NCBI GenBank assembly: GCA_963681965.1 | Contig: OY820579.1 | Span: forward strand, 3,776,001 to 3,840,000 | From: a bacterium | GTDB lineage: Bacteria > Electryoneota > JAOADG01 | Direction of reading: 5' to 3' | Length of the DNA: 64,000 nt | Part shown: piece by piece, positions 20,134 through 30,077 of the stretch | Position numbering within the stretch: the stretch's first letter is position 1 | How the letters are laid out: the number at the start of each line of letters is the position of its first letter | The notes under the pieces: model-generated | What the model was told of the DNA's origin: nothing | What the model saw: only the letters and a program-made list of their open reading frames with translations | The model's database searches: none | Made by a program: the position numbers and the translations under genes

Positions 20134-21011
20134 AGCATTTCCTCCGACAACTCTTCCAACTTCTTGAACTCTTCAGGCAAGCTCTTCAATCGCGAAGTAT
20201 AGAGTTGAATCATTTGTGCGTCGGCTGACGGTAGTAGGATACGAAGTAGTTCCGGATGCTCGAGAACATCCTCGGGAGTGATTGGCGCTTCATCGCCGGG
20301 ACGCCAACTGCACATCCGATCGGAAAAGTGAATGATCCGGGTCAAGACCGGTTTGAACGAACTTTTTTCGGGATGATGATGCCACCGCAACGTTTCGATC
20401 ATCGTCGCGGAGAAGCGCCACCGTTCGGCGATGTAACCGGAGATCTCGGAGTGATCGTTTCCGAGTTCCTGAGTTTCAATTTCGCTCGGCGATTCGCCCC
20501 GCGATACGGCATCGACAATGTGACCGAATTCTTCCGGGAAATATTCGAGAATAATGATATGTCCGAGATCGTGAAGCAGACCCGCAATAAATTCCTCGCC
20601 TGCAGTCTGCTGGACTAAATCGAGTTTCTTGCACAGTAGCCGGGCGGTCAAACCGGTCATCAAACTATGTCGCCACAAAACCCGGCGATCGAACGACCGG
20701 GTACCGATATGCGCGAATGCATTCACCACACCGACACTGGACACGATGGCAATTACTTCGTTGAGACCCAGTGTAAGAAACGCAGTTTCCAGCGAACTGG
20801 TGGGTTGGCGACGACCGAAATAAGAACTGTTGGCAATGCGAAGAATGCGCGATACGAGTGCCGGATCGCGATAAACAATCTGTTTCAACGCGCTGAAATC
20901 GACATTGGGATCTTGCAGCGCGCCTAAAATTTCGTACAGGATACTCGGCAAAGTCGGCAGATTCGTCAACGAGGAGAGTTGTGCTAGAGCGTATCCGTGT
21001 TCCCGTGCCAT
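20130..21011 (-). CDS. HDOD domain protein
   Basis: LPTLP, DPALVSRILRIANS, LWRHS, AGLLHDLG, WHHHP. Confidence 0.92.
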   Translation of the reverse strand: MAREHGYALAQLSSLTNLPTLPSILYEILGALQDPNVDFSALKQIVYRDPALVSRILRIANSSYFGRRQPTSSLETAFLTLGLNEVIAIVSSVGVVNAFAHIGTRSFDRRVLWRHSLMTGLTARLLCKKLDLVQQTAGEEFIAGLLHDLGHIIILEYFPEEFGHIVDAVSRGESPSEIETQELGNDHSEISGYIAERWRFSATMIETLRWHHHPEKSSFKPVLTRIIHFSDRMCSWRPGDEAPITPEDVLEHPELLRILLPSADAQMIQLYTSRLKSLPEEFKKLEELSEEML

Positions 21012-22840
21012 TAATCCTCCGTGGTCGTAGCCACGACTTCTTCAATCGACGTGACACCTTGTTTAATTCGTTCGCGTCCACTGGCACGCAACGTAAGCAT
21101 GCCCTGCGATACTGCGATTTCACGCAACCCTTCTTCATCGATATCGGTCTTGCTGCTCAAAACCAATTGACGAATTTCGCGCGAGAAGAATAGGGCTTCG
21201 TGAATTGCTGCTCGTCCCTTGTAGCCATTGTTGCACATTTCGCAACCGACGGCTTCGTAGAACGACACATGTTCGACTTCGTCTTCGGTAAATCCGAGCA
21301 TCAAAGCCGCTTTTCGATCGTAAGTGTCGGTCGGTCGTTTACAATTTTTACAGAGTGTGCGCAAGAGTCGTTGTGCCACGATGATGTTCATCGCGGTAGC
21401 GATCAAGAACGGTTCGACGCCCATTTTGTACATACGGGAAACGGCGCTGGGAGCATCGTTCGTGTGCAGCGTCGAAAAGGTCAAGTGACCGGTGTTGGCG
21501 AGTTTCACACCGATATCCGCGGTCATCTTATCGCGCATTTCACCGACCATAACGATGTCGGGGTCGTGTCGGAGGATACCGCGAATCGCCATTTCAAAGT
21601 CGAGCGCCGCCGATAGTTTCAATTGCCGCGCGCCGCGAATCATGTATTCAACCGGGTCTTCCACCGTCAAAATACATTTTTCCGGAGTGATCACTTGGTA
21701 CAACGCTGCGAGCAGGGTCGTCGATTTACCGCTACCGGTCGGACCGGTGAGGATGACCATTCCCTGCGGTCGATTGATCGCGCGTAAAAAGTCGCGTTTC
21801 GCCTGATCGTGGAATCCGAGTTTCGATAAGTCGGTAATCACTTTCCGGTCGTCGAGAATACGAATAACGATCGATTCGTACTTCCGCTTGAAGTCCTGCG
21901 AGACGATCGGCATGATGCTGACACGGAACCGGATAATTGCATTGTCGATCGGTCGTTGAATAAAACCGTCTTGCGACGCATCCCAAATAAACCGGTCGAC
22001 GTTGCGGGTACGGTCTTTCACAACTGCCGAAATCGTTTCCGGTTTAAAATTCTCCTGGGCATACCAGAGTCGCAATTTACCGTCGACGCGGAACCAGAAT
22101 TCGGTGCGATTGCCGATTTGCGGAATGATGTGAATATCGCTCGCGCCCTGTCGCACGGCCTCGATCAAGCACCCTTCGACCAAATTGGTCAAAATCGAAC
22201 GGTTCATTTCGAGGTCGAGTGAAACCTCTTCTTCCCCTTCCTCGTCTTGCGGAGGGGGTTGGTAATCGCCGGCGATTTCCTCGATGAGTGCCAGAAATTC
22301 GTTCTGCGGCGTCTCGACTTTGTTGATCAGTAGTTCCAATTCCTTTTTCGGTGCGAACGCCAATTCGTACTTCGTCACCTTCAATTGGAATAGCAACAAA
22401 TTCAACGCGGGATCGGTCGGATCTTCAGTCAGAAAAACGACTGCTTCATTCTTGGAATAGTCGATCTTAAACGGGATTAACAGTGCCTGCTGCAATCTCT
22501 GGCTGGCTTCCTTGCCAATCGTTTCGAGATAACTGCGGATAAAATTCACGCGATATTCGTCGATCGCTTCGGTGGTTAGATCGACTTCGGTAAACCCATA
22601 AATCTGCGCGATCGACCGGAATACCTTGTCGCGATCGCAACCGATTTCCGTCGCAAGAATTTCACCCAGTCGTCTGCGATTGGGTCCTTCCCGGCGTTGG
22701 ATTTCAAGGGCATGAGAAACTTGTTCGGAGGTCGCAATATTTTCCGAAATCAGTTTCTCGCCGAGTCGGGGAACTTGAACTTCCTCAAGTCCAGTACGTT
22801 TCGCCGGACGGGTACTAGCGATGTTAGGGGATTTCAACAT
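21011..22840 (-). CDS. pilB: PilB/GspE assembly ATPase with MshEN-like N-terminus
   Basis: RLGEKL...ALEIQ...RLGEIL; ASDIHI; GPTGSGKSTT; TVEDPVEY; LRHDPDIVMVGEMRD; CxxC...CxxC. Confidence 0.92.
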   Translation of the reverse strand: MLKSPNIASTRPAKRTGLEEVQVPRLGEKLISENIATSEQVSHALEIQRREGPNRRRLGEILATEIGCDRDKVFRSIAQIYGFTEVDLTTEAIDEYRVNFIRSYLETIGKEASQRLQQALLIPFKIDYSKNEAVVFLTEDPTDPALNLLLFQLKVTKYELAFAPKKELELLINKVETPQNEFLALIEEIAGDYQPPPQDEEGEEEVSLDLEMNRSILTNLVEGCLIEAVRQGASDIHIIPQIGNRTEFWFRVDGKLRLWYAQENFKPETISAVVKDRTRNVDRFIWDASQDGFIQRPIDNAIIRFRVSIMPIVSQDFKRKYESIVIRILDDRKVITDLSKLGFHDQAKRDFLRAINRPQGMVILTGPTGSGKSTTLLAALYQVITPEKCILTVEDPVEYMIRGARQLKLSAALDFEMAIRGILRHDPDIVMVGEMRDKMTADIGVKLANTGHLTFSTLHTNDAPSAVSRMYKMGVEPFLIATAMNIIVAQRLLRTLCKNCKRPTDTYDRKAALMLGFTEDEVEHVSFYEAVGCEMCNNGYKGRAAIHEALFFSREIRQLVLSSKTDIDEEGLREIAVSQGMLTLRASGRERIKQGVTSIEEVVATTTED

Positions 22841-23118
22841 TCAAATAGTTCGTTCCGATTCTATGGTTTTCACGCTCAGATTGCGTGTTGAAAAATAGAT
22901 GGGAATAGCGACCGTATCTCGGTTTGGGGTATCGATATCGATCGTAACAACTTACATGGAATTGCTTCGGTTTTGCAAGTTGTGAAAGCGGAAATTAGCA
23001 ATTTTATGAGAACTTACAGATAACTATCGTTCCAGTCCGGTTTTCGGTGGGACGAATAGCTGCTTTTAAACGATAGGACACCCAGTGTTTACCGAAAAAG
23101 TGCCCAATATTTCAGAAT

Positions 23119-23385
23119 TTAACCCAATATTTGCGGAATAGTCGATAGGGACTTACCAATTACATGATGCCACTTATCCAAGATCGAACCGTCGCTTTCG
23201 CGAAAAAGATCGACGTAAGTGGTCACTTCCAATAGATGCCACTGCCCCGATTTATCCGCTAAGTACTTCCGGTAGTGATCCGCGAACAGTTCATATTTTG
23301 TGTGCAGATCGGTGAAAACCCCATCGCCCGAATTCATTAATTTATTGGCAACGAGCCACTGTTCCAGTTGTGTTTGTGTAATCAT
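23119..23385 (-). CDS. Hypothetical protein (88 aa)
   Basis: ATG at 23385 with GGGGGA RBS (MITQTQLEQW...). Confidence 0.55.
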   Translation of the reverse strand: MITQTQLEQWLVANKLMNSGDGVFTDLHTKYELFADHYRKYLADKSGQWHLLEVTTYVDLFRESDGSILDKWHHVIGKSLSTIPQILG

Positions 23386-23569
23386 GATTCCCCCCTGTTG
23401 CAATACTTCAAACATACATTCCGAAGACGAGCACGACAAGTAGTACGAAAATTGAACATCGGTAATTTTTGCTTGCGGAAGGGAGAGAAATATGATATGT
23501 TTTTGTGTCCAGTTAGGAATGTAGTAGAGATTAAGGGGATGTTTGTTCACTAGTCACTTTTCATTGGAT

Positions 23570-23585
23570 ATTGATCTTGGTCACT
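23570..23585. promoter_or_regulatory. Possible CRP/FNR hybrid box
   Basis: ATTGA-TCTTGG-TCACT upstream of the hypothetical-pilB unit and the divergent islet. Confidence 0.35.
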
Positions 23586-23773
23586 ATCTTAGACAAAATC
23601 TTCGAAGATCAGATTGCGCAATTGCTCAATATTTCGTTTGTCTGCCAATCGATCCTCGCGATTTCGAACAAATATAGATACAAATGAGATAATAATTAAG
23701 AGCGATCTGTAAAGAGAAAAGTGTTTTTATTTTCCTAAAGAAGAAGCTGTTAATTTTCAAAATCGGAGATCAT

Positions 23774-24790
23774 GTGTACGAAGCCAGAATACCAATAATC
23801 AAAGAATTGGAAGATGCGCGTAAATCCAAAGTCATAATTTACGTGACTGGAGACAGACCACCCAATTTCCAGACTCAAATTCACCCTGAAGTTATTGATT
23901 TTTTTGCTGATCATCTTGATCGATTTGAAACTACAGATAAAATTTCTTTATATCTGTACAGCGAAGGTGGAATCACTTTAGCAGGATGGAGTATCGTCAA
24001 CTTAATCAGACAATATTGTAACGAACTTGAAGTCATCATACCTAGAAAAGCGCATAGCACTGCAACTCTCATTGCGATCGGTGCTAACTCGATAGTTATG
24101 ACGAAACAAGCTACATTAGGTCCAGTAGATCCAAGTGTAAATGGACCATTAAATCCGATCAATCCAGCGCATCAGATACCTGGACAACCACTAACAGTAC
24201 CAATAAGTGTTGAGGCAGTTATCAGCTTTGGTCAGTTAGCACGAGATGAATTTGGTTTAAATGATAATGAACTAGAAAGAATTTATTTAAAACTGTCTGA
24301 TATGGTTCATCCGCTTGCATTGGGAGAAGTGTATCGAGCGAGAACTCAAATAAAAATGTTGGCAGGGAAATTGCTCGATCATCATATGAAAGATAAAAGC
24401 ATAAAGGAAAAAATCATTGCCTTTCTTTGTAGCGAATCTGGTAGTCATGACTATACGATCAATAAAAGAGAGGCACAAGAATTGGGTCTTCCAATTGTCG
24501 AACCAAGTGTTTCGGAATATAATATCATTAAACGTTTGTATGACGATATAAAACTTGAACTAAAATTAAAAGAACCTTTTAACCCGATAATAGAACTCGG
24601 AGAGGTTGATGAAAAGAACTATTCAGTTGCTCGATGCTTGATAGAAAGTGCATATTCAGGGTCACATAAGTTTTTTACACACGGATTGTTACGAAGGAGT
24701 GGCTTGATTGGCGGTTCTGGTCAGGTTAACGTTCCTCAAGTTATTGATTTAAGGTTGCAAGAAGGGTGGGAACATGAACGAATTCAGTAA
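23774..24790 (+). CDS. ClpP-class serine protease (SDH_sah-like family)
   Basis: SEGG, AHSTATLIAIGA, LGPVDP, SHDYTI motifs; AT-rich. Confidence 0.85.
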   Translation: MYEARIPIIKELEDARKSKVIIYVTGDRPPNFQTQIHPEVIDFFADHLDRFETTDKISLYLYSEGGITLAGWSIVNLIRQYCNELEVIIPRKAHSTATLIAIGANSIVMTKQATLGPVDPSVNGPLNPINPAHQIPGQPLTVPISVEAVISFGQLARDEFGLNDNELERIYLKLSDMVHPLALGEVYRARTQIKMLAGKLLDHHMKDKSIKEKIIAFLCSESGSHDYTINKREAQELGLPIVEPSVSEYNIIKRLYDDIKLELKLKEPFNPIIELGEVDEKNYSVARCLIESAYSGSHKFFTHGLLRRSGLIGGSGQVNVPQVIDLRLQEGWEHERIQ

Positions 24791-24980
24791 TAGCCGATTA
24801 ACAAGCTCAGGTAGTTTCTTAAATTACCAAACATATTCTTCTACAGGATGTTTTGCGCCAACATCTATGTTGCCTATAGAATATAATTTAATTCAAGACG
24901 GATTTAATGCTCTTATTGGTGCTTGGCCAGGAACCGAAACCGATGAAGAAATTGAAGATATTTTGAATGATGTTGAATGA
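24774..24980 (+). CDS. Small protein with acidic C-terminus, putative antitoxin
   Basis: 68 aa ending GAWPGTETDEEIEDILNDVE; overlaps both neighbours (ATGA coupling to the PIN gene). Confidence 0.6.
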   Translation: MNEFSNSRLTSSGSFLNYQTYSSTGCFAPTSMLPIEYNLIQDGFNALIGAWPGTETDEEIEDILNDVE

Positions 24981-25429
24981 CTCCAACATGTAGCACTTTC
25001 ATTCTAGACACGTGGGTGCTAGTCCATTATTGCCGATGGAGTGAGACTGCTCAATCAATTGAGAGCAAACTATCATTAACAACGGCTATACCAAGACCAT
25101 TGATTTGTGAAGTATCGATAGGTGAAATATTATCGATTTCTCGATATAGAAATTGGGGTAAACATAAATCAAACATTTTGAAACAAATGATCTCAAGTCT
25201 AAATATTATAAATATTTCTAACCTTGGAATTTACGAGAAATATTCAGAAATAGACGCGTTTTCTAGATCTAATGGAAGCAAGATGGGAAAAAACGATCTT
25301 TGGATCGCAGCTACATCAATTGTTTACAACTGTTGTTTATTGACTGGTGACAATGATTATAATTTATTAGCAAATAACAAAATACTACACAGAGTATTAT
25401 TTGACAAAACTGGAGCAATAATTAATTAA
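24977..25429 (+). CDS. PIN-domain (VapC-like) nuclease
   Basis: ILDT, SIGE, GKNDLWIAAT, LLTGDNDY. Confidence 0.88.
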   Translation: MTPTCSTFILDTWVLVHYCRWSETAQSIESKLSLTTAIPRPLICEVSIGEILSISRYRNWGKHKSNILKQMISSLNIINISNLGIYEKYSEIDAFSRSNGSKMGKNDLWIAATSIVYNCCLLTGDNDYNLLANNKILHRVLFDKTGAIIN

Positions 25430-25567
25430 GAGCTATAACAGAAGTTTCCTGTCAATTAATTAACTGCAATAAAATATGGTTTTTAAACGGATTAAAGTAT
25501 TTAACTATACAACAATTTCAACAATATATTAACTTGATTAAGCTTCTGAAAAAGTTCCATTTCCCCC

Positions 25568-26578
25568 CTATTCCACCACCCTAAACCCCTTCCGCTCCTC
25601 TTGGAAACGCTTAAAGGCGCGCATGGCAAACCAGATCGGATTGGTCGCTTTCTGAACCCGATACACTGGATACGGTGTTGCCCCGAGCAACCGGAAGAAC
25701 CCTTCGATGCCCGGCATCACCGACCCGCTGAAATTGTATTTCCGACCGGAATCGAGTGCATCCTTGATCATCGCATGATACACAATTAGATTGGCAAAGT
25801 TTTTACTGTTCCGGTATTTGTTCGAGACGGCACTGACGACACCCGAGGAAATGGTATCGGTATAAAGCACGTAGCTCATTGCCAATAGGTGCCGTTCGGA
25901 GTCACGCACGGCATAGGTTTTCACACAATCGTATTTCGGTTGGAACCGGAACACCTTCTGCATCGTTTCCACCGGCACGTTAAAGCCGGTCATATCGCGG
26001 GTTTCGCACAACATTTCGACAATATTTTCCGGTGTCGCCGGTTCAACGATGAGATTTCCCGCTTCGACTTCGCGCAATGCCTGTTTCAGATTCTGTTTTT
26101 TCTTCTTCGCCATCCCGCCCATGAATTCGTCGTAGGTACCTTCGGCGATATAGTGATAGCGCACATCCGTCTGAAAGCCATTCCAGATATACGGCAACAT
26201 ATCGGTTGTACCGGGGACAGTGAAATCGTACGAACCGACCTTCGGTAAGCTCGTCAATAACCGTTGTACCATTTGCAAATCATCGGTGTGCGCCGTTCCG
26301 CGCGGCGTGCGGGTCGAGGGGGTGATCAGTGGACCGATCAGCGCCGTATAGGGCAATCCGTGAAAACCGCCGATGCCGTATCGTTTGGTTTTTACCAGCG
26401 CGATTCCGCCACAGATCCGGTGCGTTTCATCGAGCAGGGTGTAGACATATAGATCGTTGCCAAATGCCGCCAACCAATCGGATGTGTGATTGATGGAACC
26501 TTCGGGATGCGACCGCACATATTGGTTCCAACTATCATATTCATCAGATGTTAGCCGATTTACCGTCCATTCTTCCAT
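25568..26578 (-). CDS. GNAT-superfamily (FemAB-like) acyltransferase
   Basis: WNQYV...H...W, 'YNFSGSVMPGIEGFFRLLGA'. Confidence 0.75.
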   Translation of the reverse strand: MEEWTVNRLTSDEYDSWNQYVRSHPEGSINHTSDWLAAFGNDLYVYTLLDETHRICGGIALVKTKRYGIGGFHGLPYTALIGPLITPSTRTPRGTAHTDDLQMVQRLLTSLPKVGSYDFTVPGTTDMLPYIWNGFQTDVRYHYIAEGTYDEFMGGMAKKKKQNLKQALREVEAGNLIVEPATPENIVEMLCETRDMTGFNVPVETMQKVFRFQPKYDCVKTYAVRDSERHLLAMSYVLYTDTISSGVVSAVSNKYRNSKNFANLIVYHAMIKDALDSGRKYNFSGSVMPGIEGFFRLLGATPYPVYRVQKATNPIWFAMRAFKRFQEERKGFRVVE

Positions 26579-26714
26579 CTCGAATAATCCCTATTGTGGC
26601 AATTCAATATAATAGATCTAATGCAATGAATCGCGCTATCTCACGTAGATTTTCGATCAATCGATCGGATAAACTACGAAAACCCGTTCTGATTGAACGG
26701 GTTTCGCATGAAAT

Positions 26715-26801
26715 TGGTGCCGGAAGGGGGACTTGAACCCCCACTCTCCGAAGAGAACTAGTCCCTGAAACTAGCGCGTCTGCCAATTCCACCATTCCGG
26801 C
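26715..26801 (-). tRNA. tRNA-Leu(CAG)
   Basis: GCCGGAA acceptor stem, CTAGT-TTCAGGG-ACTAG anticodon arm, long variable arm, GTTCAAGTC, encoded CCA. Confidence 0.97.
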
Positions 26802-26894
26802 GCGCGGAAAATATACGCTCACCGTTTCGGGAAAGCAAATCGCTTCGAACCATCGACCAGTTGAAAAGTGACGATAGACAAACTACCTTGCAGC

Positions 26895-28040
26895 ATGAAT
26901 ATTCTGGTCGCAACGTCGTCTTTTCCCCCCGAAGTCGGTGGCACGGCAGCCTATACCTTCGAAATCTGCCGCGGTCTACTCCGGCAACGCTACGACATTA
27001 CCTTGTGGACCAAATCCTCCGTCATCAAACAGGGTGAAATCCCGCCCGGTTTCGATGTCATCACCGTCGAAGATTCCCAATTCACCGCTAGCTGGTTGCG
27101 CCGTCACCGGAGCGAATTGGCATGGCAGGAAGTGCTCCGCAACGCTCCGCCCGATCTGGTGCTCGTTCCGAAACTGGACGCATTTTCCAGCGAACCGCTG
27201 TTTTGGGCACGCGAACACAAAATCCCGTTCGCAGTCATTCTTCACGGCAACGAAACCATTTCGAAGAACGATCCATTGCTCGCAGCACCCCGGATCTTCA
27301 CGGTATCGAATGCGGTACGGCAACGCCTACCCGAACCGTTAATCGATCGCTCGATCGTCATTGCGAACGGCGTCGATACGATGCGCTTTAGCGTCGGCAA
27401 GCCCGATCAATCCGCCTTGGAACGTATCGAACTACTATCAGTTCCCCCCGGCATCCTGAATGTCGGAAGCTGGCTCCCATTCAAAGGGCAAGCACTGTTA
27501 CTCGAAGCCATGACTCATCTCGAACCACCTCCCGCTGGACCGGAACTATGGCTGGTCGGCAGTGGTCCCGAAGAACGAAAGCTGCGCCAGCTTGCCGATA
27601 AATATCACCTGTTCGACCGGATTCGCTGGTTAGGTCAAATCAACGACGAAGAACTGATTTCAGTCTATCGCTCGGCACAATTCGTCGTCTTGGCATCGAA
27701 CGGAACGACTTTCGGGGCACTGGAAGGATTCGGATTACCGGTACTGGAAGCCGCTGCGTGCGGGAAACCGGCGGTAGTATCGAACAACGGTGGTCTACCT
27801 GAGGCAGTTGTCACCGGCGAAACCGGTATCGTCGTCGAAGACCCGTCGCCAGCCGCGTTTGCTGCCGCGATCAAACAACTATGGTCGCAACCAGAGTTGC
27901 GGGCGAAAATGGGGCAAGCTGCACGGGAACGTGCAACACAGGATTTTACTTGGGAAGCGATCCTGCAAAAACTGGGGCGCGAATTGCGCAAGATCATCAA
28001 CGAGAATAAACAAGCCGTCGAGAATGAGCATGAAGAATAA
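26895..28040 (+). CDS. Glycosyltransferase family 4
   Basis: FPPEVGG, NGVD, KGQ, EGFGLPVLEAAACGKP, GGLPE. Confidence 0.92.
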   Translation: MNILVATSSFPPEVGGTAAYTFEICRGLLRQRYDITLWTKSSVIKQGEIPPGFDVITVEDSQFTASWLRRHRSELAWQEVLRNAPPDLVLVPKLDAFSSEPLFWAREHKIPFAVILHGNETISKNDPLLAAPRIFTVSNAVRQRLPEPLIDRSIVIANGVDTMRFSVGKPDQSALERIELLSVPPGILNVGSWLPFKGQALLLEAMTHLEPPPAGPELWLVGSGPEERKLRQLADKYHLFDRIRWLGQINDEELISVYRSAQFVVLASNGTTFGALEGFGLPVLEAAACGKPAVVSNNGGLPEAVVTGETGIVVEDPSPAAFAAAIKQLWSQPELRAKMGQAARERATQDFTWEAILQKLGRELRKIINENKQAVENEHEE

Positions 28041-28788
28041 ACCCGAAGCGAACAAAGATGCCCTCCCTGTTCTGATTACCGGTTCCATTCAATTGGATCG
28101 CAATATTCCGATCATCGAACGCATCACCCACGACACCCCCTACGGGAAAGTGGAAGGGTATCGCTCGGAATCGTGTCTGGTCATCCTCCGCCACGGCTGG
28201 AGCAATCGCACACCTCCCCATCTGATCAATCATCGTGCCAATCTCTGGGCGGCAAAATCGCTCGGTTCGTTCGTTTTCTCGACTGGATCGGTCGGCTCGC
28301 TTGACCTCGATGCCCCTCCCGGATCGCTCGCGCTTCCCGACGATATTTTTTCGCCGTTCCACGTCGAAACCATCAGCAGCGACGAAGATCGCATCCATGT
28401 CGTACCGGAATTCGACAGCCGCCTGCGCCGAATCATCATCACCGAATTGGCTTTTGCCGACATCGAATTTATCGACGGTGGCGTCTATGCGCAGACCCGC
28501 GGTCCGCGTTTCGAAACCCGTGCCGAAATCGGTTGGCTATCGGATTATGCGCATTTTGTCGGAATGACCTGTGCCTCGGAGTTGACGATTGCCTCGGAAT
28601 TGCAATTGCCCTACGCGTTACTGGTCAGCATCGATAACTGGGGCAACGGTCTCGGTCCGAAACCGTTGACGATGGATGAGTATTTAATCGGGGTCGAACG
28701 GAATCATCAGTCGGTTTGCGAGGCAATCGGAATCATCTTGCCGGCATTGAAACGTGCCGCCGAGACCGGTTTTGGCAACGCTTCGTAA
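28024..28788 (+). CDS. MTAP/purine nucleoside phosphorylase family protein
   Basis: TPYG, LRHG, PPHLINHRAN, GSVGSL, GPRFETRAE, VGMT. Confidence 0.88.
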   Translation: MSMKNKPEANKDALPVLITGSIQLDRNIPIIERITHDTPYGKVEGYRSESCLVILRHGWSNRTPPHLINHRANLWAAKSLGSFVFSTGSVGSLDLDAPPGSLALPDDIFSPFHVETISSDEDRIHVVPEFDSRLRRIIITELAFADIEFIDGGVYAQTRGPRFETRAEIGWLSDYAHFVGMTCASELTIASELQLPYALLVSIDNWGNGLGPKPLTMDEYLIGVERNHQSVCEAIGIILPALKRAAETGFGNAS

Positions 28789-29645
28789 GCAATAATCCAC
28801 ATCGGTAGACAGCCCCAGATCGCAATCCAACCAAGTCCGTTGAGAAAGGCAATCATCGGTCCCGATTGCCGGCTCAACATCCCCGCCATGCGATAAAATT
28901 GCAGCGACTGATCGAGCATCGGATCGGTCTGATAATCTGCGAAATTGATGAATCGCGAGGCGATCGAGGCACCGACGATCGTTAACACAAATGCTGCAAC
29001 TTGTTCCAGAGTGGTGATGCGCCAGAGGATCCGTTTCATCTCTTTGGGAATATGCCGCAGAAATTTAATCCGGTCTTTCAGCGTACAGTCGCCCGATAGC
29101 GATGCCACTGCCAGCCAGCGGAAGCGCGGATAAATCACACCAATGACGATTCCGAAAATGCTCGTAACCAATCCCATCATTAACACCAGACTCGTAACCC
29201 GCAGCGCTACCGACATCGATTCCGCAACTTGAACATATTCGACCAGCAGCATCAAACTCCCACTCAATACCATCATTGTAACAGTGATTCCGAGTGCGAA
29301 ATCGAGCAATCCGGGAATAATGGTTCCGATGATGATATCGCGAGCGGTGATAGTGTGTTGCGTGCCGCGATAGATGCGCAACAACCAGAAAGTCGCAGGT
29401 GCGAGTGAAACGGCGGCGATCACAAATCCGGCGAGCGACAGTTTTAGACCGTGCCAAAACCATTGCCATTGAAATGCTGTGGAATCGATCAGTATCAGCC
29501 GGAAATCCGGTGTCTTGATCATCCCCATCCCGATCCAACCGGGGATCGAGAGCAGACTGAAAATGACGATCGGCAACCACCCTTTGCGATAGAATCGTCC
29601 GGTCTCGGCATAGATATCGTGAAAATTATCGACGTTCAGATTCAT
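28707..29645 (-). CDS. Multi-pass membrane protein
   Basis: 312 aa with several hydrophobic segments; 82-nt convergent overlap with the MTAP gene. Confidence 0.7.
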   Translation of the reverse strand: MNLNVDNFHDIYAETGRFYRKGWLPIVIFSLLSIPGWIGMGMIKTPDFRLILIDSTAFQWQWFWHGLKLSLAGFVIAAVSLAPATFWLLRIYRGTQHTITARDIIIGTIIPGLLDFALGITVTMMVLSGSLMLLVEYVQVAESMSVALRVTSLVLMMGLVTSIFGIVIGVIYPRFRWLAVASLSGDCTLKDRIKFLRHIPKEMKRILWRITTLEQVAAFVLTIVGASIASRFINFADYQTDPMLDQSLQFYRMAGMLSRQSGPMIAFLNGLGWIAIWGCLPMWIIAYEALPKPVSAARFNAGKMIPIASQTD

Positions 29646-29707
29646 TGTTTCCCATTACATGATTTGGAGCAGATATGCGGCATATACTATTTATCTTTAC
29701 ATCTTTG

Positions 29708-30026
29708 GTAGGGGCGGTTCGCGAACCGCCCGTGTCTATTCATAAGCCACAATAGGGGCGTATGGCATACTCCCATTCTTGAATTCTGTAGTAGTGCCCA
29801 ACTCCGATTGGGCGTTATTAATCTGGTATCTTGATCTGTCGTTGCGAAAGCGCCATTCGGCGCATGTGGCAACCCACTCTTTGCTTCAGTTGATCCTTCT
29901 TCTTTGATATCCGTAATTGAATACCGAATCGAATCAAAAAGATGAAAACAAATGAAGATACGCAGTCTAAAGCCTGCGGCTGCAAACGACAAAAAAAGAA
30001 CGGGCGGGCGCGGGGACCCGCCCCTA
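29708..30026. repeat. REP cluster bounded by inverted GTAGGGGCG elements
   Basis: GTAGGGGCGGTTCGCGAACCGCCC ... GGGCGGGCGCGGGGACCCGCCCCTAC, with internal palindromes. Confidence 0.8.
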
Positions 30027-30077
30027 CTAAAGCTGTAAAAATAACTTTAACAAAATCAGTGTTCCCTCTCGAATCCT

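Noticed and set aside
23400-26801. tRNA-Leu-integrated island
   Set aside because: No integrase and no duplicated tRNA 3' end were seen, and a host-like GNAT gene separates the islet from the tRNA.
28707-28788. 82-nt convergent gene overlap
   Set aside because: Real but short and commonplace; no sign of special function.
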